Below, in pieces: positions 1 through 11,722 of a stretch of 64,000 nucleotides of DNA; the stretch's first letter is position 1, and every line of letters starts with the position of its first letter. The notes under the pieces were generated by a model that saw only the letters and a list, made by a program, of their open reading frames with translations, was not told the DNA's origin and did not search any database. Origin of the DNA: an uncultured Candidatus Saccharibacteria bacterium (GTDB taxonomy: Bacteria > Patescibacteriota > Minisyncoccia > Phycocordibacterales > CAZTPW01); NCBI GenBank assembly GCA_964615725.1, contig CAZTPW010000001.1:18700-82699 (forward strand). The letters are read 5' to 3'. The position numbers and the translations under genes are program-made.

Positions 1-2716
1 ACATAGGCTTTCGTGTTTTGTAATCAACAACATTGACTACACCATCGCGGATGATTTCAAGCTTATCAAGCTGGCCCTTGAGAAGGAGTTCGACCGTCTC
101 TGTCTTTTTGCCATGGGAAATCTCAACCGGAATATGCACCCCTGATTGTGAAAATTCTGTCAGGAGGGCACGAGGCCAAGTGTTTTGGTAAAAAGCGAGG
201 TAGCCTTCAAGGGCTTCACTTCCCTTCTTGAGTGATTCTTCAAAATCAGTTTTATTGAAAGGAAGTTTTGAGAGATTGTGCTGGAAAAGTGTAATGAATT
301 CATTTTTTGAGAGAGTCTTTTCTTCCTTATAAGCATTAAAAAATGCTCGCAGTGTCTCGTGCATCGCAATTCCATAGAGCTGATGTTTGGTCTGAGCTTG
401 AGGAATGCGAATGAGATTTACGAAAAAATATCTCCACGGGCATTCAAGATAATTGTTGAGTGCAGTTACAGAAAGTCCTTGCTCGAGAAAAAGTTCCCGG
501 ATATACGTCGAATCACTGAGTGGAATAGGTCTTCGTCGAGCCTCTTGAAACTGCTCCTCAGGTGAAGCGGCATAGGTTTTTTCAATTTCAGTTGTGGAAA
601 TAACGTGTACGAGATTTGGATTGATCTCAGAGAGAAACTGACTTGGCAATGTTTCTCTTCCATCATCAGTATGATTGCTCCATGTGATAGTTATAGATTT
701 TTTGGCTCGTGTAAGTGCTACATAGAAAAGACGTCGCTCATCCTCCATCGCACCATCATCTGAGATGCGTTGCTCAAGAATTGGTATGAAAAAAGACTTT
801 TTACGAGATGTATTTCCCCAGTGACCATTTACTACACCCACAATAAAAACATAGTCGAACTCAAGACCCTTCGAGCGGTGGGCGGTCATCAATCGAACGC
901 CACTTTTTTTAAGTGCACCACCTCCTCCGCGCACCAAAATTCCATGCTGTTCTACGAGATCAATCCATGCGATGCAATCGCGCAAAAAGTATTCTCGATG
1001 GCCCCCTGCTAGGGTTTTTATTTCTTGGTAAAAAGCCTCGAGTGTTGCCATATCTTCAAGTGAAGATTCACGTGCCAATAATGCATTCATATAGCCTGAC
1101 TCACGAATAATTTCAGAAAACACTTCTGGGAATGTCTTCTGACGAGCATGTGCAGCCCAACGACGCGCATTATCAGCAAAACGAGTAATTGCCTCGGGGT
1201 TTTTAAGACTGAGAGTTTTAAGGTGTGCTTTATCTTGAAGAAGATCTGAAACTGACCGTCGGAGTTTTGAAGCTTCGCTTATGACGACAAAAGCATCGAG
1301 TGTTTCAATACCCAAAAAATCAGCAAAAAGTACCTCGCTGAGGTGATGATCAGCATTCATCGTATGCACAACGCGAAGTAAAAGAATGAGGCTTCGAATA
1401 TGTGGCTCTTTGAGAATATCCTTATCGGATTCGATTCGATACGGCACCCCCCTCCTATCAAGCGCTGAGGCGATGCTTTGCGCATCACGATTTTCACGAT
1501 AAAGAATCGCGATCTCCTCAGGGTGCACACCTTTTGAAATAAGCTCTGCGCATGTATCCGCAATATACCGATCTTCAAAAAGAGGCTTGCTGAACTCACA
1601 CACAAAGACCACACTCTCTTTTGATGCTGGGGGTTTTTGGTGAGACTTGAGTTGTATGCGTTTTCTGCCCTCTGGAAGGGTATTGTTCTCAATGAGACTA
1701 TGAGCGCTGTCGAGGATTGCTTGTGGTGAGCGATAATTGTATTCAAGATCAATGATTGTGGCCTTTGGATACAACGTAGTGAAATAGAGGAAGTTTTCAA
1801 GAGATGCTCCTTGGAAACGATAGATCGCTTGCTTCTCATCACCCACAATAAAGAGATTGGGGTTGTCATGAAAATTTGAGAGGAGCTCAAGAATAGCATT
1901 CTGCGCATTGTTTGCATCTTGATGCTCGTCTGCCAAAATATACTGAAAAGACTCTTGGAGGATAAGCAAAAAATCCTGATCTTTTTTGAGTGCTTGAATC
2001 ACCTCGAGAATCATGTCCTCGAAATCGTAGAGTTTTTTCTCATTGAGTGCCTTCTCGTAGGCTTCGTAAACTTTTGCAAGCTCCTCGTTTTTATCGATCT
2101 TTTCTCGGAGTTTTATATATTCTCCTTTCATTTTTCCTTTATGGGCACCTTTTTCATGAATCAGATCAGGAATTTTTTCAAAATCCTTACGCTGATCTTT
2201 TACAGATTGGATGAATTGTTTGGGTGAGATTGCTTCGCGCTTGAGAGATTTTATAGTACTGAGAATGGGACGTACATAATAGAGCGTATCACCAAAGGGG
2301 CGCAAAAGTTCGAGATTACTTGTTTCAATAATCTCCTCCATAAGCTTCATCTGATCAATGTCAGTAATAGGAACAGAACTGATTATTCTCGGAAATTTTT
2401 CTGGATACTGCTTTATACAGTCGTTGCAAAATCCGTGGAATGTATTGATAGCAACTTTGTATGCGGCAGGGCCAATAATCGATACGAGTTTTTTCCGCAT
2501 TGCATAAACACCAGATTCAGTAAAGGTAAGTGCGAGGATTGTCTCGGGCGCAGTATCGGTCTGTTTGAGAATATTTGCGATACGAAGGGTAAGAATTGAG
2601 GTTTTACCAGTTCCAGGACCAGCTATAACCATCACAGGACCATCGATTGTGTCGACAGCCTTTTTTTGACCAGCATTAAGTTTTTGGTAGAGAGAATCAA
2701 ATAGTTCGGCACTCAT
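1..2716 (-). CDS. UvrD/PcrA-type ATP-dependent DNA helicase with C-terminal RecB-like (PD-(D/E)xK) nuclease tail; 3' end runs off the window
   Basis: Minus-strand reading frame from ATG at 2714-2716 translates MSAELFDSLYQKLNAGQKKAVDTIDGPVMVIAGPGTGKTSILTLR (Walker A GPGTGKT of superfamily 1 helicases) and stays open to position 1. The C-terminal part shows ...LECPWRYFF... and ...VVDYKTRKP (DYK nuclease motif). It is absent from the ORF track only because it runs off the window edge. An alternative ATG lies 3 codons upstream at 2725. Confidence 0.85.
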   Translation of the reverse strand, partial: MSAELFDSLYQKLNAGQKKAVDTIDGPVMVIAGPGTGKTSILTLRIANILKQTDTAPETILALTFTESGVYAMRKKLVSIIGPAAYKVAINTFHGFCNDCIKQYPEKFPRIISSVPITDIDQMKLMEEIIETSNLELLRPFGDTLYYVRPILSTIKSLKREAISPKQFIQSVKDQRKDFEKIPDLIHEKGAHKGKMKGEYIKLREKIDKNEELAKVYEAYEKALNEKKLYDFEDMILEVIQALKKDQDFLLILQESFQYILADEHQDANNAQNAILELLSNFHDNPNLFIVGDEKQAIYRFQGASLENFLYFTTLYPKATIIDLEYNYRSPQAILDSAHSLIENNTLPEGRKRIQLKSHQKPPASKESVVFVCEFSKPLFEDRYIADTCAELISKGVHPEEIAILYRENRDAQSIASALDRRGVPYRIESDKDILKEPHIRSLILLLRVVHTMNADHHLSEVLFADFLGIETLDAFVVISEASKLRRSVSDLLQDKAHLKTLSLKNPEAITRFADNARRWAAHARQKTFPEVFSEIIRESGYMNALLARESSLEDMATLEAFYQEIKTLAGGHREYFLRDCIAWIDLVEQHGILVRGGGGALKKSGVRLMTAHRSKGLEFDYVFIVGVVNGHWGNTSRKKSFFIPILEQRISDDGAMEDERRLFYVALTRAKKSITITWSNHTDDGRETLPSQFLSEINPNLVHVISTTEIEKTYAASPEEQFQEARRRPIPLSDSTYIRELFLEQGLSVTALNNYLECPWRYFFVNLIRIPQAQTKHQLYGIAMHETLRAFFNAYKEEKTLSKNEFITLFQHNLSKLPFNKTDFEESLKKGSEALEGYLAFYQNTWPRALLTEFSQSGVHIPVEISHGKKTETVELLLKGQLDKLEIIRDGVVNVVDYKTRKPM

Positions 2717-2761
2717 AGAATGCATCTATTATGCCCTAGAAATCACTTTCTCTCCACTTAT

Positions 2762-3292
2762 CTAACTACTTCTCCAAGGAACGCCAATTTTTGGGAGCAA
2801 CCAACGATCAACTCCCCAGTATCCAGCCACTTTCCATGCGAGCATAACGGCAATAGCGAGGGTGAAAAGAATTGGATTCGTGCTCACAGTTCCAGCAAGA
2901 AGATAGTTGAGATTCATAAAAAGACCGAAGAATGCTGCGATACCGGTAAGCGCACCAAGAATGAGTGCTATACCCACCAAGACTTCGCCATATGCAACAA
3001 GATGTGACCAGAAACTTGCATGTGGAAGTACTGAATGTTCGAGAAAATAAGCATACCAACCCTGCACATCAGGGTGAAGGCCAGTTGTTTTGTTTAAAGC
3101 CCCATGAATGAATCCTTCGAGTGCTTTTCCAGAACTTGGTCCTACCCATACTGGATTATAGACTTTTTCAACGCCTGCAATAAGCCACTCATAGCCGAGA
3201 TAGATACGCACAACAAGCCAAAGCCACGCTGATTTTGTATTTGAGAATAAAAATTTTGAAATTGGTGATTCTTCTACGTAAACAATTGCCAT
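2762..3292 (-). CDS. DoxX-family integral membrane protein
   Basis: 176 aa with 4 predicted transmembrane segments. The RIYLGYEWLIAGVEK and DoxX-like C-terminal helices are visible in the translation. Confidence 0.6.
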   Translation of the reverse strand: MAIVYVEESPISKFLFSNTKSAWLWLVVRIYLGYEWLIAGVEKVYNPVWVGPSSGKALEGFIHGALNKTTGLHPDVQGWYAYFLEHSVLPHASFWSHLVAYGEVLVGIALILGALTGIAAFFGLFMNLNYLLAGTVSTNPILFTLAIAVMLAWKVAGYWGVDRWLLPKIGVPWRSS

Positions 3293-3387
3293 GTTTTTTA
3301 AAAAAATTATAAAAAATTAGTAACAAGATACGCCTTGCCGGGATTTTCCAGGGGGAAATTTCATACTGTTAGTATACCATGGACTGT

Positions 3388-3416
3388 CTTGACACGTGGT
3401 GTCAGGAGTGGAAATA
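3388..3416 (+). promoter_or_regulatory. Candidate sigma70 promoter (TTGACA -35) overlapped by an inverted repeat TGACAC-GTG-GTGTCA (3389-3403); a second inverted repeat ATACT-GTT-AGTAT lies at 3362-3374
   Basis: Read directly from the sequence: TTGACA at 3388-3393, with AGGA as a ribosome-binding site about 10 nt before the ATG at 3468. A 6-bp-arm palindrome sits on the -35 element. Confidence 0.35.
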
Positions 3417-3467
3417 TACCATTAGCTATTTCACCCCCAAACAACGCTCTTTTGAACAAGGAACTCT

Positions 3468-4094
3468 ATGAACGATGAACCTTATGGGATTCTTGGTGTG
3501 TACCAACATGATCCAAACGCTACATACGTCATCGACGCTGAAACATTTTTTGCTGAAAATCTTCTTCACCTTATCGAACACCTCGATATTGCCCCTAAGA
3601 ACATTACGATCGATTTTCACCTCTCATGGGACCGTGGAGAGATGACCGCAATCCTGATTGACAAGCAATCAATTCGGTTTGAAGTTAGTCGGGAAATGTT
3701 TTTGGGCCGGTGTACTCTTTATGAACATGATCTCGCTTCACTTATCCAATACCTTTGGATGGCGATATTCCGGGTTGTGCGCTACGCGGTTGTTGTGTGG
3801 CAAAAAATGAATGGGATCAACCCCCAACACACCACACTTCACGCCGGAAAAAGACTCGGTGTTCCTGAAGAATCGATCGATCTCCTGCTCGACCAAAGGG
3901 TAAAGAGTGATGATTTGGAAGGATTTCTCGAAGTTTGCGACAGTTGGATCCGTGCTTGGTGCGGCTTTCAACTCGTTGAGCGATCCAATACAGCTGAAGT
4001 TGAAACCCCGCTCGAACAATTGTTGGACCTGCTTCGTTGCAATGGCGAAAACATCACTGCTGAAATGCTGATACCACCTGTTCCTTTTGATTGA
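3468..4094 (+). CDS. Hypothetical cytoplasmic protein (208 aa)
   Basis: Intact ORF with a ribosome-binding site, followed by a canonical intrinsic terminator. No recognisable motif. Confidence 0.5.
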   Translation: MNDEPYGILGVYQHDPNATYVIDAETFFAENLLHLIEHLDIAPKNITIDFHLSWDRGEMTAILIDKQSIRFEVSREMFLGRCTLYEHDLASLIQYLWMAIFRVVRYAVVVWQKMNGINPQHTTLHAGKRLGVPEESIDLLLDQRVKSDDLEGFLEVCDSWIRAWCGFQLVERSNTAEVETPLEQLLDLLRCNGENITAEMLIPPVPFD

Positions 4095-4117
4095 TCGGGC
4101 ACGTTGTGTGCCGTTGT

Positions 4118-4150
4118 GCCGCCCCTTGCGGGGCGGCTTTTTGATATTGG
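4118..4150 (+). terminator. Rho-independent terminator (GCCGCCCC-TTGC-GGGGCGGC followed by TTTTTGATATT)
   Basis: Perfect 8-bp GC stem plus a T-run, read directly from the sequence. Confidence 0.8.
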
Positions 4151-4197
4151 TAATAAAAAGCCACCCTTTCGGGTGGTTGAAAAAACTCGTGAGCGCA

Positions 4198-4836
4198 CTA
4201 CGCTACTGCGAGTTCGCGTTCACGTACCGACGAAGGATCCTCCAGGGCGTTTGTGCGGAAAACAGGTAATGGGACTAGGGATTGCACCTGCCCATAAAAA
4301 CTGCCTGATGGGACGTTCTCCGGTATGAGTGGCAGATCAGTCACGTATGTACCAGATTCGGTGCTGTACTTCATTTCGAGCTCGCTGAGGATTTCAACAA
4401 GCATCTCAAAGTCCGGGGCACCCCAATAGACATGAGGATTTCGACCCACTGCGAATCGCACTTCCCCGTCTACATCACGAACCACACGTATCCATACTGC
4501 CACTACACCATCGCCTTTTGGGTTATTGGCGCCAGTGACGGCGATTGGTAGTGTGAAGTGATCCAGGTCGTTCTTAATAAGATGGTTGAGCACATAGCTC
4601 ACCACCCCTAGCGCAATGCGCCGACTCCAATCATGGTGATTCTTTTCTACCTTGCGCTGCGTAAGTGCAGCCCAAGTAAAGCCCATGAATACTGATGGCG
4701 GTAGCCACACAATAGTGTAGGCTATGCCGACGACAATGAGCGCAATGCTCGTTGGAAGCAACACCGCCACAAGGATACAGAATGCGAACACAAGGCCGGC
4801 CTTGATGAAAAGCTGGCGAACAGAAGTATTTTTCAT
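4198..4836 (-). CDS. Hypothetical membrane-anchored protein (N-terminal transmembrane hairpin, 212 aa)
   Basis: Two hydrophobic N-terminal segments followed by a soluble domain. No recognisable motif. Confidence 0.45.
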   Translation of the reverse strand: MKNTSVRQLFIKAGLVFAFCILVAVLLPTSIALIVVGIAYTIVWLPPSVFMGFTWAALTQRKVEKNHHDWSRRIALGVVSYVLNHLIKNDLDHFTLPIAVTGANNPKGDGVVAVWIRVVRDVDGEVRFAVGRNPHVYWGAPDFEMLVEILSELEMKYSTESGTYVTDLPLIPENVPSGSFYGQVQSLVPLPVFRTNALEDPSSVRERELAVA

Positions 4837-4912
4837 GTACAGAGTAAGTTTTGTTTAAGGAGCGATAGATCAGCATTTTACCACTATAGGGGCCTAAGGT
4901 CAATAGGAAACC

Positions 4913-4945
4913 ACGAAGAAAGCCGCCTTTGGGGCGGCTTTCTTC
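4913..4945 (-). terminator. GC-rich hairpin downstream of rpoD (GAAGAAAGCCGCC-TTTGG-GGCGGCTTTCTTC)
   Basis: 13-bp perfect stem immediately after the rpoD stop. It lacks a clean U-run, so it may be a weak terminator or a processing site. Confidence 0.5.
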
Positions 4946-4996
4946 TAAAACATTTACTCCAGCTAGAATTTGCCTCTAAAAGCGTTAAAAATGCCT

Positions 4997-6241
4997 CTAG
5001 TAGCTCTTCAGACGGTTGACCTTGTCATGCTGTCGAATCTTCTCATGTGCCTTTGCCTCGATCTGTCGGATTCGCTCTCGAGTAACCCCGAACTTCTGGC
5101 CCACTTCCTCGAGGGTGTGGGTAATGCCGTCCATAAGTCCGTGTCGCATTTCAAGAATCTGTCGCTCTTTTTCGCTAAGGTCATCGAGAATTTCTTTGAC
5201 CTGATCAGCGAGAATTCGTCGAGACGCTTCCTGATCTGGAGAAAGAATCTTGTCGTCTGGTAGGAAGTCACCGAGTACAGAACGCTCGTCTTCCCCATCC
5301 GCACCAACCGGCGCTTCGAGAGAGACGGTATCCTGATCAATTTTTTCGATAGTGTAAACCTTATCTACATCAAGTCCCATTTCAACGGCGATTTCTTCAG
5401 GGAGTGGATCTCGTCCAAGGTCCTGTGAAAGGCGTCGGTGGACCTGCTTGTATTTTGCAATGGTTTCTACCATGTGCACTGGCACTCGGATTGTTCGAGA
5501 CTGATCAGCGAGAGCACGAGTGATTGCCTGTCGAATCCACCATGTCGCGTAGGTTGAGAATTTATATCCTTTTGTCCAATCAAATTTATCTACCGCTTTA
5601 AAGAGACCAAGGTTACCTTCCTGAATGAGGTCGAGCAAGGTGAGATCCGGTGAACGACCAACATATTTTTTCGCAATAGAAACCACAAGTCGAAGGTTTG
5701 CACGAGCGAGAAGATTTTTTGCCTCCTCATCTCCTTTTTCAATACGCTTTGCCAAATCCTTTTCCTGGCTTGCGTGAATAAGTGGGTACTGACCAATTTC
5801 CTTCAAATACATCTGAATTGAGTCGTATGAAGATTCGCTCTTTCCACTGTAGGTATTTTTGTCCTTGAGAAGGTCCTCGTTGTTTACATCAAGCATTCCT
5901 CCGCCCTCAAGCACGTCGATGCCAGCGTCGCCAAACTTTGAGTAAAGTTCGTCCAAGAAAAGAATATCCTCCTCAACGTGTGGGAATTCTTTCAAAATTT
6001 CGTCATAGGTCACGAAGCCGCGCTCTCGCCCCTTAAGGATGAGTTTCTCTGCGCGCTTTTCGAGCTCCGCCGCTTTCATCTTTCCCTTTTTGATAGGTGT
6101 GATTTCGTCAGCAACCTTTTTAACGTTATCTTGAAATGCTGCTCCGACCGCTTTTTGCTTTCGAATCTTTGGAACTTTTTCAGCTTTGGCTTTTGCTTTT
6201 GGCTTTGAAGATTTTTTAGCTTTTTTTGTTGTTTTTTTCAT
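4997..6241 (-). CDS. rpoD: RNA polymerase primary sigma factor (sigma-70 family)
   Basis: Regions 2-4 are visible: [40 protein letters not shown]. The N-terminus is Lys-rich. Confidence 0.95.
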   Translation of the reverse strand: MKKTTKKAKKSSKPKAKAKAEKVPKIRKQKAVGAAFQDNVKKVADEITPIKKGKMKAAELEKRAEKLILKGRERGFVTYDEILKEFPHVEEDILFLDELYSKFGDAGIDVLEGGGMLDVNNEDLLKDKNTYSGKSESSYDSIQMYLKEIGQYPLIHASQEKDLAKRIEKGDEEAKNLLARANLRLVVSIAKKYVGRSPDLTLLDLIQEGNLGLFKAVDKFDWTKGYKFSTYATWWIRQAITRALADQSRTIRVPVHMVETIAKYKQVHRRLSQDLGRDPLPEEIAVEMGLDVDKVYTIEKIDQDTVSLEAPVGADGEDERSVLGDFLPDDKILSPDQEASRRILADQVKEILDDLSEKERQILEMRHGLMDGITHTLEEVGQKFGVTRERIRQIEAKAHEKIRQHDKVNRLKSY

Positions 6242-6256
6242 AATAATGCTTGATGG

Positions 6257-8008
6257 TTATGGTTGACGCTTCGACAAGGTATCCTTCATTTTTGATATTC
6301 TGTTGAATTCATCGAGGAGATCCTTTTTTCTTTTTTCATCCCTACTTTGCTCTGCCCTACTCATTTCTGCCATGATGGCCATCTGTCTATCTCTGAGATA
6401 TTCCTCTTGGAAGCGTTCGCAGAGTTCTTTTACGATGATGGGTAGGTGTTCGGATTTGTCGTAGGCCACTTCTGCTTCAAGGATGAGATCGTCTTTGTGT
6501 GGAGCGTAGCGGGCAAGAATTTTTTCGCTGTACCCGGGCTCTGATATTGCATCAATCGATGACTTGATTGATTGCGGATCGACAGCTTGGGTGGGTGTCG
6601 ACTGCTGCCAGAAAAGGATGGCTGCCAGCATTCGTTCCACAGAGACAGTTTTCTTTGAATCCTGATACTGTGGGAATGGGTTGGCAGGATTTGCTTTTTG
6701 GTTCGCTTCGAGCGAACGCAAATCCTGCCAAATCGCTTCTTCTTTTACCTGACTCTTTTTATGAATCAAAGCAATGAAGTGTGACTTTTCCATCGTACTT
6801 TCAAGTCGCGCCACAAATGGCAACACTTTTGTCAGAATTTCTTTTGACCGCTGCCTCATATCAGGAACTGTCGCCACAACATGATCGGTAGCAAATTCGA
6901 TAATATGCACTGCGTTTTCAAGAGCTTTTTTCCATGCTTCAGGATTTTCCTTGATAAGATCCGCTGGATCGTCGTCAGTGGGTAGCTGAGCGACTTTCAC
7001 TTCAAGACCCATTCCGAGCGCCATTTCAGCACTTCGAAATGCTGCCTTTACCCCAGCGCCATCTGGATCAAATGACAAAATCAATGTCTTCGCGAGTTTT
7101 CGTACACGATCAAGATGCGTCTCAGTCAGCGCAGTGCCTGAAACGGCAACCGCATTTCCCGTGCCCACTTGATGAGCCATAATGAGATCTACCTGACCTT
7201 CAACGAGCACCGCAGCGTCTTTTTCTCGAATAGTCTGCTTTGCTTTATGGAAACCATAGAGCACTTCAGATTTATGGAAGAGTTCGGTTTCAGGACTGTT
7301 CAAGTACTTGGCACTTTTGCCATCATCCTCGAAAATTCTTCCCGAAAAAGCAATGACGCGCGCTGAACTATCAAAGAGTGGGAACATGATTCGACCGCGG
7401 AAACGATCGTAAAAATTTCCCTCGATTGATGCTTGCGAGCTTTCATCGTCACGCTCCTTTCGCTTGATGAGCCCCGCCTTCTCCATATCTGTTTCGGTGA
7501 AGCCTTTTCCTTTGAGGTAGGTCGAGACTGAGCGCCATTCTGCTGGGGCAAAACCAATACGCCACTCTTTTATGGTTTCTTTTGTAAGTCCACGCTTCAA
7601 AAGATATTCGACGACTGCTTTATATTTTCCATCTGCATTTTCATACAGTGTTTTTTGGAAAAATATTGCCGCTGACTCCATACACCGGAAAAGACGATCT
7701 CTTTCACTTCGTGCTTCAGGGCGTTCTTTGGTGAGCTCAACCCCCGCTCTTTGGGCGAGAATTTTGAGTGCACCCATAAAATCAAGCCCTTCAAACTCTT
7801 GGACAAAAGAGAAAATGTCGCCCTTTGCACCACACCCAAAACAATAGTATGAGTTTCGAGCTGGTGAGATATAGAACGATGGGGTTTTTTCGTTGTGAAA
7901 AGGACAGCGCGCTTTGAAGTTACCGCCCGATTTCTCGAGCTTAATATACGAACCTGCTACATCAGCAATGGAGAGTCTTTCTTTGATTTGCTCTACGTGC
8001 GATGACAT
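6257..8008 (-). CDS. dnaG: DNA primase
   Basis: Zinc ribbon CPFHNEKTPSFYISP...YCFGCGAKGD, TOPRIM EGQVDLI, located immediately upstream of rpoD (MMS operon arrangement). Confidence 0.93.
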   Translation of the reverse strand: MSSHVEQIKERLSIADVAGSYIKLEKSGGNFKARCPFHNEKTPSFYISPARNSYYCFGCGAKGDIFSFVQEFEGLDFMGALKILAQRAGVELTKERPEARSERDRLFRCMESAAIFFQKTLYENADGKYKAVVEYLLKRGLTKETIKEWRIGFAPAEWRSVSTYLKGKGFTETDMEKAGLIKRKERDDESSQASIEGNFYDRFRGRIMFPLFDSSARVIAFSGRIFEDDGKSAKYLNSPETELFHKSEVLYGFHKAKQTIREKDAAVLVEGQVDLIMAHQVGTGNAVAVSGTALTETHLDRVRKLAKTLILSFDPDGAGVKAAFRSAEMALGMGLEVKVAQLPTDDDPADLIKENPEAWKKALENAVHIIEFATDHVVATVPDMRQRSKEILTKVLPFVARLESTMEKSHFIALIHKKSQVKEEAIWQDLRSLEANQKANPANPFPQYQDSKKTVSVERMLAAILFWQQSTPTQAVDPQSIKSSIDAISEPGYSEKILARYAPHKDDLILEAEVAYDKSEHLPIIVKELCERFQEEYLRDRQMAIMAEMSRAEQSRDEKRKKDLLDEFNRISKMKDTLSKRQP

Positions 8009-8021
8009 AGGCTGGTTGATA

Positions 8022-11000
8022 TTATTTTTGGGTTTGTTCGATTGAAGTTTCGTCTGATGCGATCGTTCGGGATGCTTTGCTTACCATCATTTCTTTCTGG
8101 CTTCCTTTGAAACCTGAACCAGCTGGGATCAATCGGCCGATGATCACATTTTCTTTGAGACCAATGAGGGTATCTTCTGTACCTCGGACTGCTGCGTTAA
8201 TGAGAACACGTGTTGTGTGCTGGAATGACGCTGCTGAAAGGAAGCTCTTTCGGCTCAATGAGATTTCTGTGATTCCCATCACCGTTGCTTCGCCCTTTGC
8301 ACCAGTCTTTCCTGCCTTCTCCGCCTTTTCATTTTCACGATCAAGGTCAGCGATTGAAATCACGTCGCCCACAGAAAGTCCTGTGTCGCCTGGATCCTTC
8401 ACAACCTTTCGTGAGAACATCTGTCGCACGATAAGCTCAATATGCTTTCGAGAAACTGGTTCTCCTTGAAGTTCGTAAAGTTTTGAAACTTCAGTAATGA
8501 TGTAGTTTTCAGCAAGGTCAGTACCTCCATATTTGAAGATTTCGTCGATATTTGCAGAACCGTCAGTGATGATTTGACCCTTGGTCACCTTGTCACCAAC
8601 CTTCACAAGAGGAAGACGCTTGTAGTTTACAACGTACTCGATATCCTGCTTTTTCTTTGCTGATTTTTCACCAATATCAGGAGTAACAACGATTACTCGC
8701 TCCTTACCCATATCCTTGATTTCGGTAACCATACCATCAACCTTGTTGACGATTGCTGGGTTTTTCGGAGCTCGCTTTTCGAAGATTTCTTCAACTCGAG
8801 GAAGACCTTGAGTGATGTCTCCGCCTGCTGACGCAGCACCTCCTTGGTGGAAGGTACGCATCGTGAGCTGAGTACCTGGCTCTCCGATCGCCTGAGCTGC
8901 AACAGTACCTACTGCTTCACCGATTTCTACAAGGTGATTCTTTCCAAGGTCAGCACCATAACACTTCACACAAACACCTCGATGAGATTTACAGGTGAGT
9001 GGTGATCGAACGCTGATTTCTGTGATTGCTTCAGTATCGAGCTTGATTGCATCTTCTTTACTCAAGAGATGACCCTTTTCAAAGAGTACCTTTCCGTTCT
9101 TCTCGACAGGAGCACTCAAGATTCGGCCTCGTGCATTCTTGGTAAATGAAACTTCCATACCTGAAGCAGCTGCCTTCTTCATGATCATTCCTTCTCGTGT
9201 ACCACAGTCGTTTTCAGTAACGATAGCATCCTGCGCCACATCGAAGAGACGTCGTGTAAGGTAACCAGCCTTTGCGGTGTTCAACGCAGTGTCAGTAAGA
9301 CCCTTTCGTGCACCGTGAGTAGTAATGAAGTATTCGATTGGTGTAAGACCCTGCTTGGTTGAGCTCAAAATTGGGAACTGAATTGTCTCTCCAGATGCTG
9401 CTGCAATGAGACCCTTCATACCTGCCATCTGAGTAATCTGACCATACGAACCTCGAGCACCTGAATTCACCATGTTTGCCACTGACGCATGCTTTGGCAA
9501 TGAATCTGGGATGAGTTTTTCAACTTCAGCCTTTGCGTTGTGCCAAATTTCGATATTCTTTGTAAGCTTTTCATCCTCTGAAAGGAAACCGAGGTTGTAA
9601 TTGTTCAAAACTTCCTCTGCTTCTTTCTTAGCAGCTTCAATAATCGCAGTCTTACCCTTTGGCTCCTGGATATCATCGATACCCCATGTAGTACCAGAGA
9701 ATGATGCGTACTTGAATCCGAATGACTTAATCGCGTCGAGGATTGGAGCAACGTGTTCCATTCCGTATCGGTTGATGAGATCATCAACGATTGTCGCCAT
9801 GTACTTTCGGTTTACTTCCTTGTTGATGAAAGGATAGTCAGCTGGCATGATTTCGTTCAAGAGAAGTCGTCCGACGGTAGTCTCGATGAGCTTTCCTTCC
9901 ATACCCGCAAACTTTACGGTATTTGGAGCGAGAATCTTGATCTTTGATCGAAGGCTTACTCCGCCAAAGTTTCGAGCAGTAATAGCTTCCGCTGGATCAG
10001 CGAAGTATTTACCTTCACCCTTTCCACCTGGAACTTCTACGGTCATCCAATAACAACCAAGAATAATGTCGAGCAACTTTGCTGTAACGGTAGGCTCGCC
10101 TGAACCTGGCTTCAAGATGTTTTTGTCAGCAGCCATGATGTTTGCTGCTTCTGCCTGAGCTTCATCTGAAAGAGGAACGTGGACCGCCATCTGGTCTCCG
10201 TCGAAGTCAGCGTTGAATGCTGTACATACGAGTGGGTGTACCTGAATAGCGTTTCCTTCAATCAAGATTGGCTGGAAAGCCTGAATACCGAGTCGGTGAA
10301 GTGTAGGAGCACGGTTCAAAAGAACGTACTTACCTTTGATTACGTCTTCGAGAATTGCCCACACCTCTGGGAGTTCTTCGTCGATCAATCGGTTTGCACC
10401 TCGAATGTTAAAGGCCAATTCTTTTTCAAGAATCTTTGAGATAACGAATGGTCGGAAAAGTTCCAAGGCCATGTGCTTTGGAATACCACATTGGTTGAGC
10501 TTGAGGTCTGGACCCACAACAATCACTGATCGTCCTGAGTAGTCTACTCGTTTACCAAGCAAGTTTGCTCGGAAGAGACCTCGCTTACCCTTCAAGTTGT
10601 CTGAAATAGACTTGAGTGGTCGTCGCTGTGCCTGAGTCAATGCACCGCCGCTGTTTGCACCGTGTCGAATGCTGTTGTCGAGGAGACAGTCAACTGCTTC
10701 CTGGAGAATTCGCTTTTCGTTTCGGAGAATAACGTCTGGAGCATGGATTTCCTTGAGCTTTTTCAATCGGTTGTTTCGATTGATAACTCGTCGGTAAAGA
10801 TCGTTTACATCTGATGTCGCAAATCGTCCTCCATCCAATGGAACCATTGGTCGAAGTGCAGGTGGGATGACTGGAATGTTTGTGAGGAACATCCATTCTG
10901 GTCGAATCTCTGACTTGATCATTGCCCGCACAACGCTGATTCGCTTATTGAGCTTCTCTTTTTCAAGAGAGTTTGTTTTTTCGAGTTCACCTACGAGATT

Positions 11001-11717
11001 TTTCTCGAGCTTTACAAGGTCGAGGTTCTTCAAAATATCGTAGATTGCTTCTGCGCCGATCTTTGCTTCAAAAAGTGTTCCGTACTTTACTGAGAAATTG
11101 TGATAAGCAACCTCATCAAGCACAACACCTACCTGAATACCATCAATTTCCTTCTTTGCATTGAGCAAGAGTTCTTTGAGAGCATCTTTAGACTTTTCGT
11201 CCTGGAGGTTTTTTACCTTTGACTTGTATTCTGAGTCGAGATCCTTCAAAAGGTTTTCTCGATCTGCTTCGTTTACACCAGTAATGATGTAGCCGGCAAA
11301 GTAGATAACCTTCTCGAGGTCTGCTGTAGACATACCGAGAATGAGACCGATTCGTGAAGGCATGCTTCGGAGGAACCAGATATGTGACACTGGTGATGCG
11401 AGCTCGATATGACCCATTCGTTCTCGTCGAACGATAGATCGTGTGATTTCAACTCCACATTTTTCACAGACAATTCCCTTGTAGCGAACACCGCGGTACT
11501 TTCCACAGTAACATTCGAAGTCCTTGTCTGGTCCGAAAATCTTTTCATCAAAGAGACCGTTTTTCTCAGATCGCTGAGTTCGGTAGTTGATGGTTTCTGG
11601 CTTGGTAACTTCGCCGAATGACCACTCTGCGATTCGCGCAGGTGAAGCAACCTTGAGCGCCATTGCGTCAAAGTCGTTGAACGTTACATTTTTTGGTTGA
11701 TTGTTATGTTCTTTCAT
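8022..11717 (-). CDS. rpoC: DNA-directed RNA polymerase subunit beta'
   Basis: 1231 aa with the [12 protein letters not shown] catalytic motif and a zinc-finger N-terminus. Confidence 0.97.
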   Translation of the reverse strand: MKEHNNQPKNVTFNDFDAMALKVASPARIAEWSFGEVTKPETINYRTQRSEKNGLFDEKIFGPDKDFECYCGKYRGVRYKGIVCEKCGVEITRSIVRRERMGHIELASPVSHIWFLRSMPSRIGLILGMSTADLEKVIYFAGYIITGVNEADRENLLKDLDSEYKSKVKNLQDEKSKDALKELLLNAKKEIDGIQVGVVLDEVAYHNFSVKYGTLFEAKIGAEAIYDILKNLDLVKLEKNLVGELEKTNSLEKEKLNKRISVVRAMIKSEIRPEWMFLTNIPVIPPALRPMVPLDGGRFATSDVNDLYRRVINRNNRLKKLKEIHAPDVILRNEKRILQEAVDCLLDNSIRHGANSGGALTQAQRRPLKSISDNLKGKRGLFRANLLGKRVDYSGRSVIVVGPDLKLNQCGIPKHMALELFRPFVISKILEKELAFNIRGANRLIDEELPEVWAILEDVIKGKYVLLNRAPTLHRLGIQAFQPILIEGNAIQVHPLVCTAFNADFDGDQMAVHVPLSDEAQAEAANIMAADKNILKPGSGEPTVTAKLLDIILGCYWMTVEVPGGKGEGKYFADPAEAITARNFGGVSLRSKIKILAPNTVKFAGMEGKLIETTVGRLLLNEIMPADYPFINKEVNRKYMATIVDDLINRYGMEHVAPILDAIKSFGFKYASFSGTTWGIDDIQEPKGKTAIIEAAKKEAEEVLNNYNLGFLSEDEKLTKNIEIWHNAKAEVEKLIPDSLPKHASVANMVNSGARGSYGQITQMAGMKGLIAAASGETIQFPILSSTKQGLTPIEYFITTHGARKGLTDTALNTAKAGYLTRRLFDVAQDAIVTENDCGTREGMIMKKAAASGMEVSFTKNARGRILSAPVEKNGKVLFEKGHLLSKEDAIKLDTEAITEISVRSPLTCKSHRGVCVKCYGADLGKNHLVEIGEAVGTVAAQAIGEPGTQLTMRTFHQGGAASAGGDITQGLPRVEEIFEKRAPKNPAIVNKVDGMVTEIKDMGKERVIVVTPDIGEKSAKKKQDIEYVVNYKRLPLVKVGDKVTKGQIITDGSANIDEIFKYGGTDLAENYIITEVSKLYELQGEPVSRKHIELIVRQMFSRKVVKDPGDTGLSVGDVISIADLDRENEKAEKAGKTGAKGEATVMGITEISLSRKSFLSAASFQHTTRVLINAAVRGTEDTLIGLKENVIIGRLIPAGSGFKGSQKEMMVSKASRTIASDETSIEQTQK

Positions 11718-11722
11718 GGCGA

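Noticed and set aside
1357-1917. 186-aa minus-strand ORF listed in the track within the first 2.7 kb, with an apparent frameshift of the helicase
   Set aside because: Manual translation shows the UvrD-like frame is continuous from 2716 to position 1. The 186-aa ORF is an overlapping alternative-frame artefact and my initial frameshift was a reading slip.
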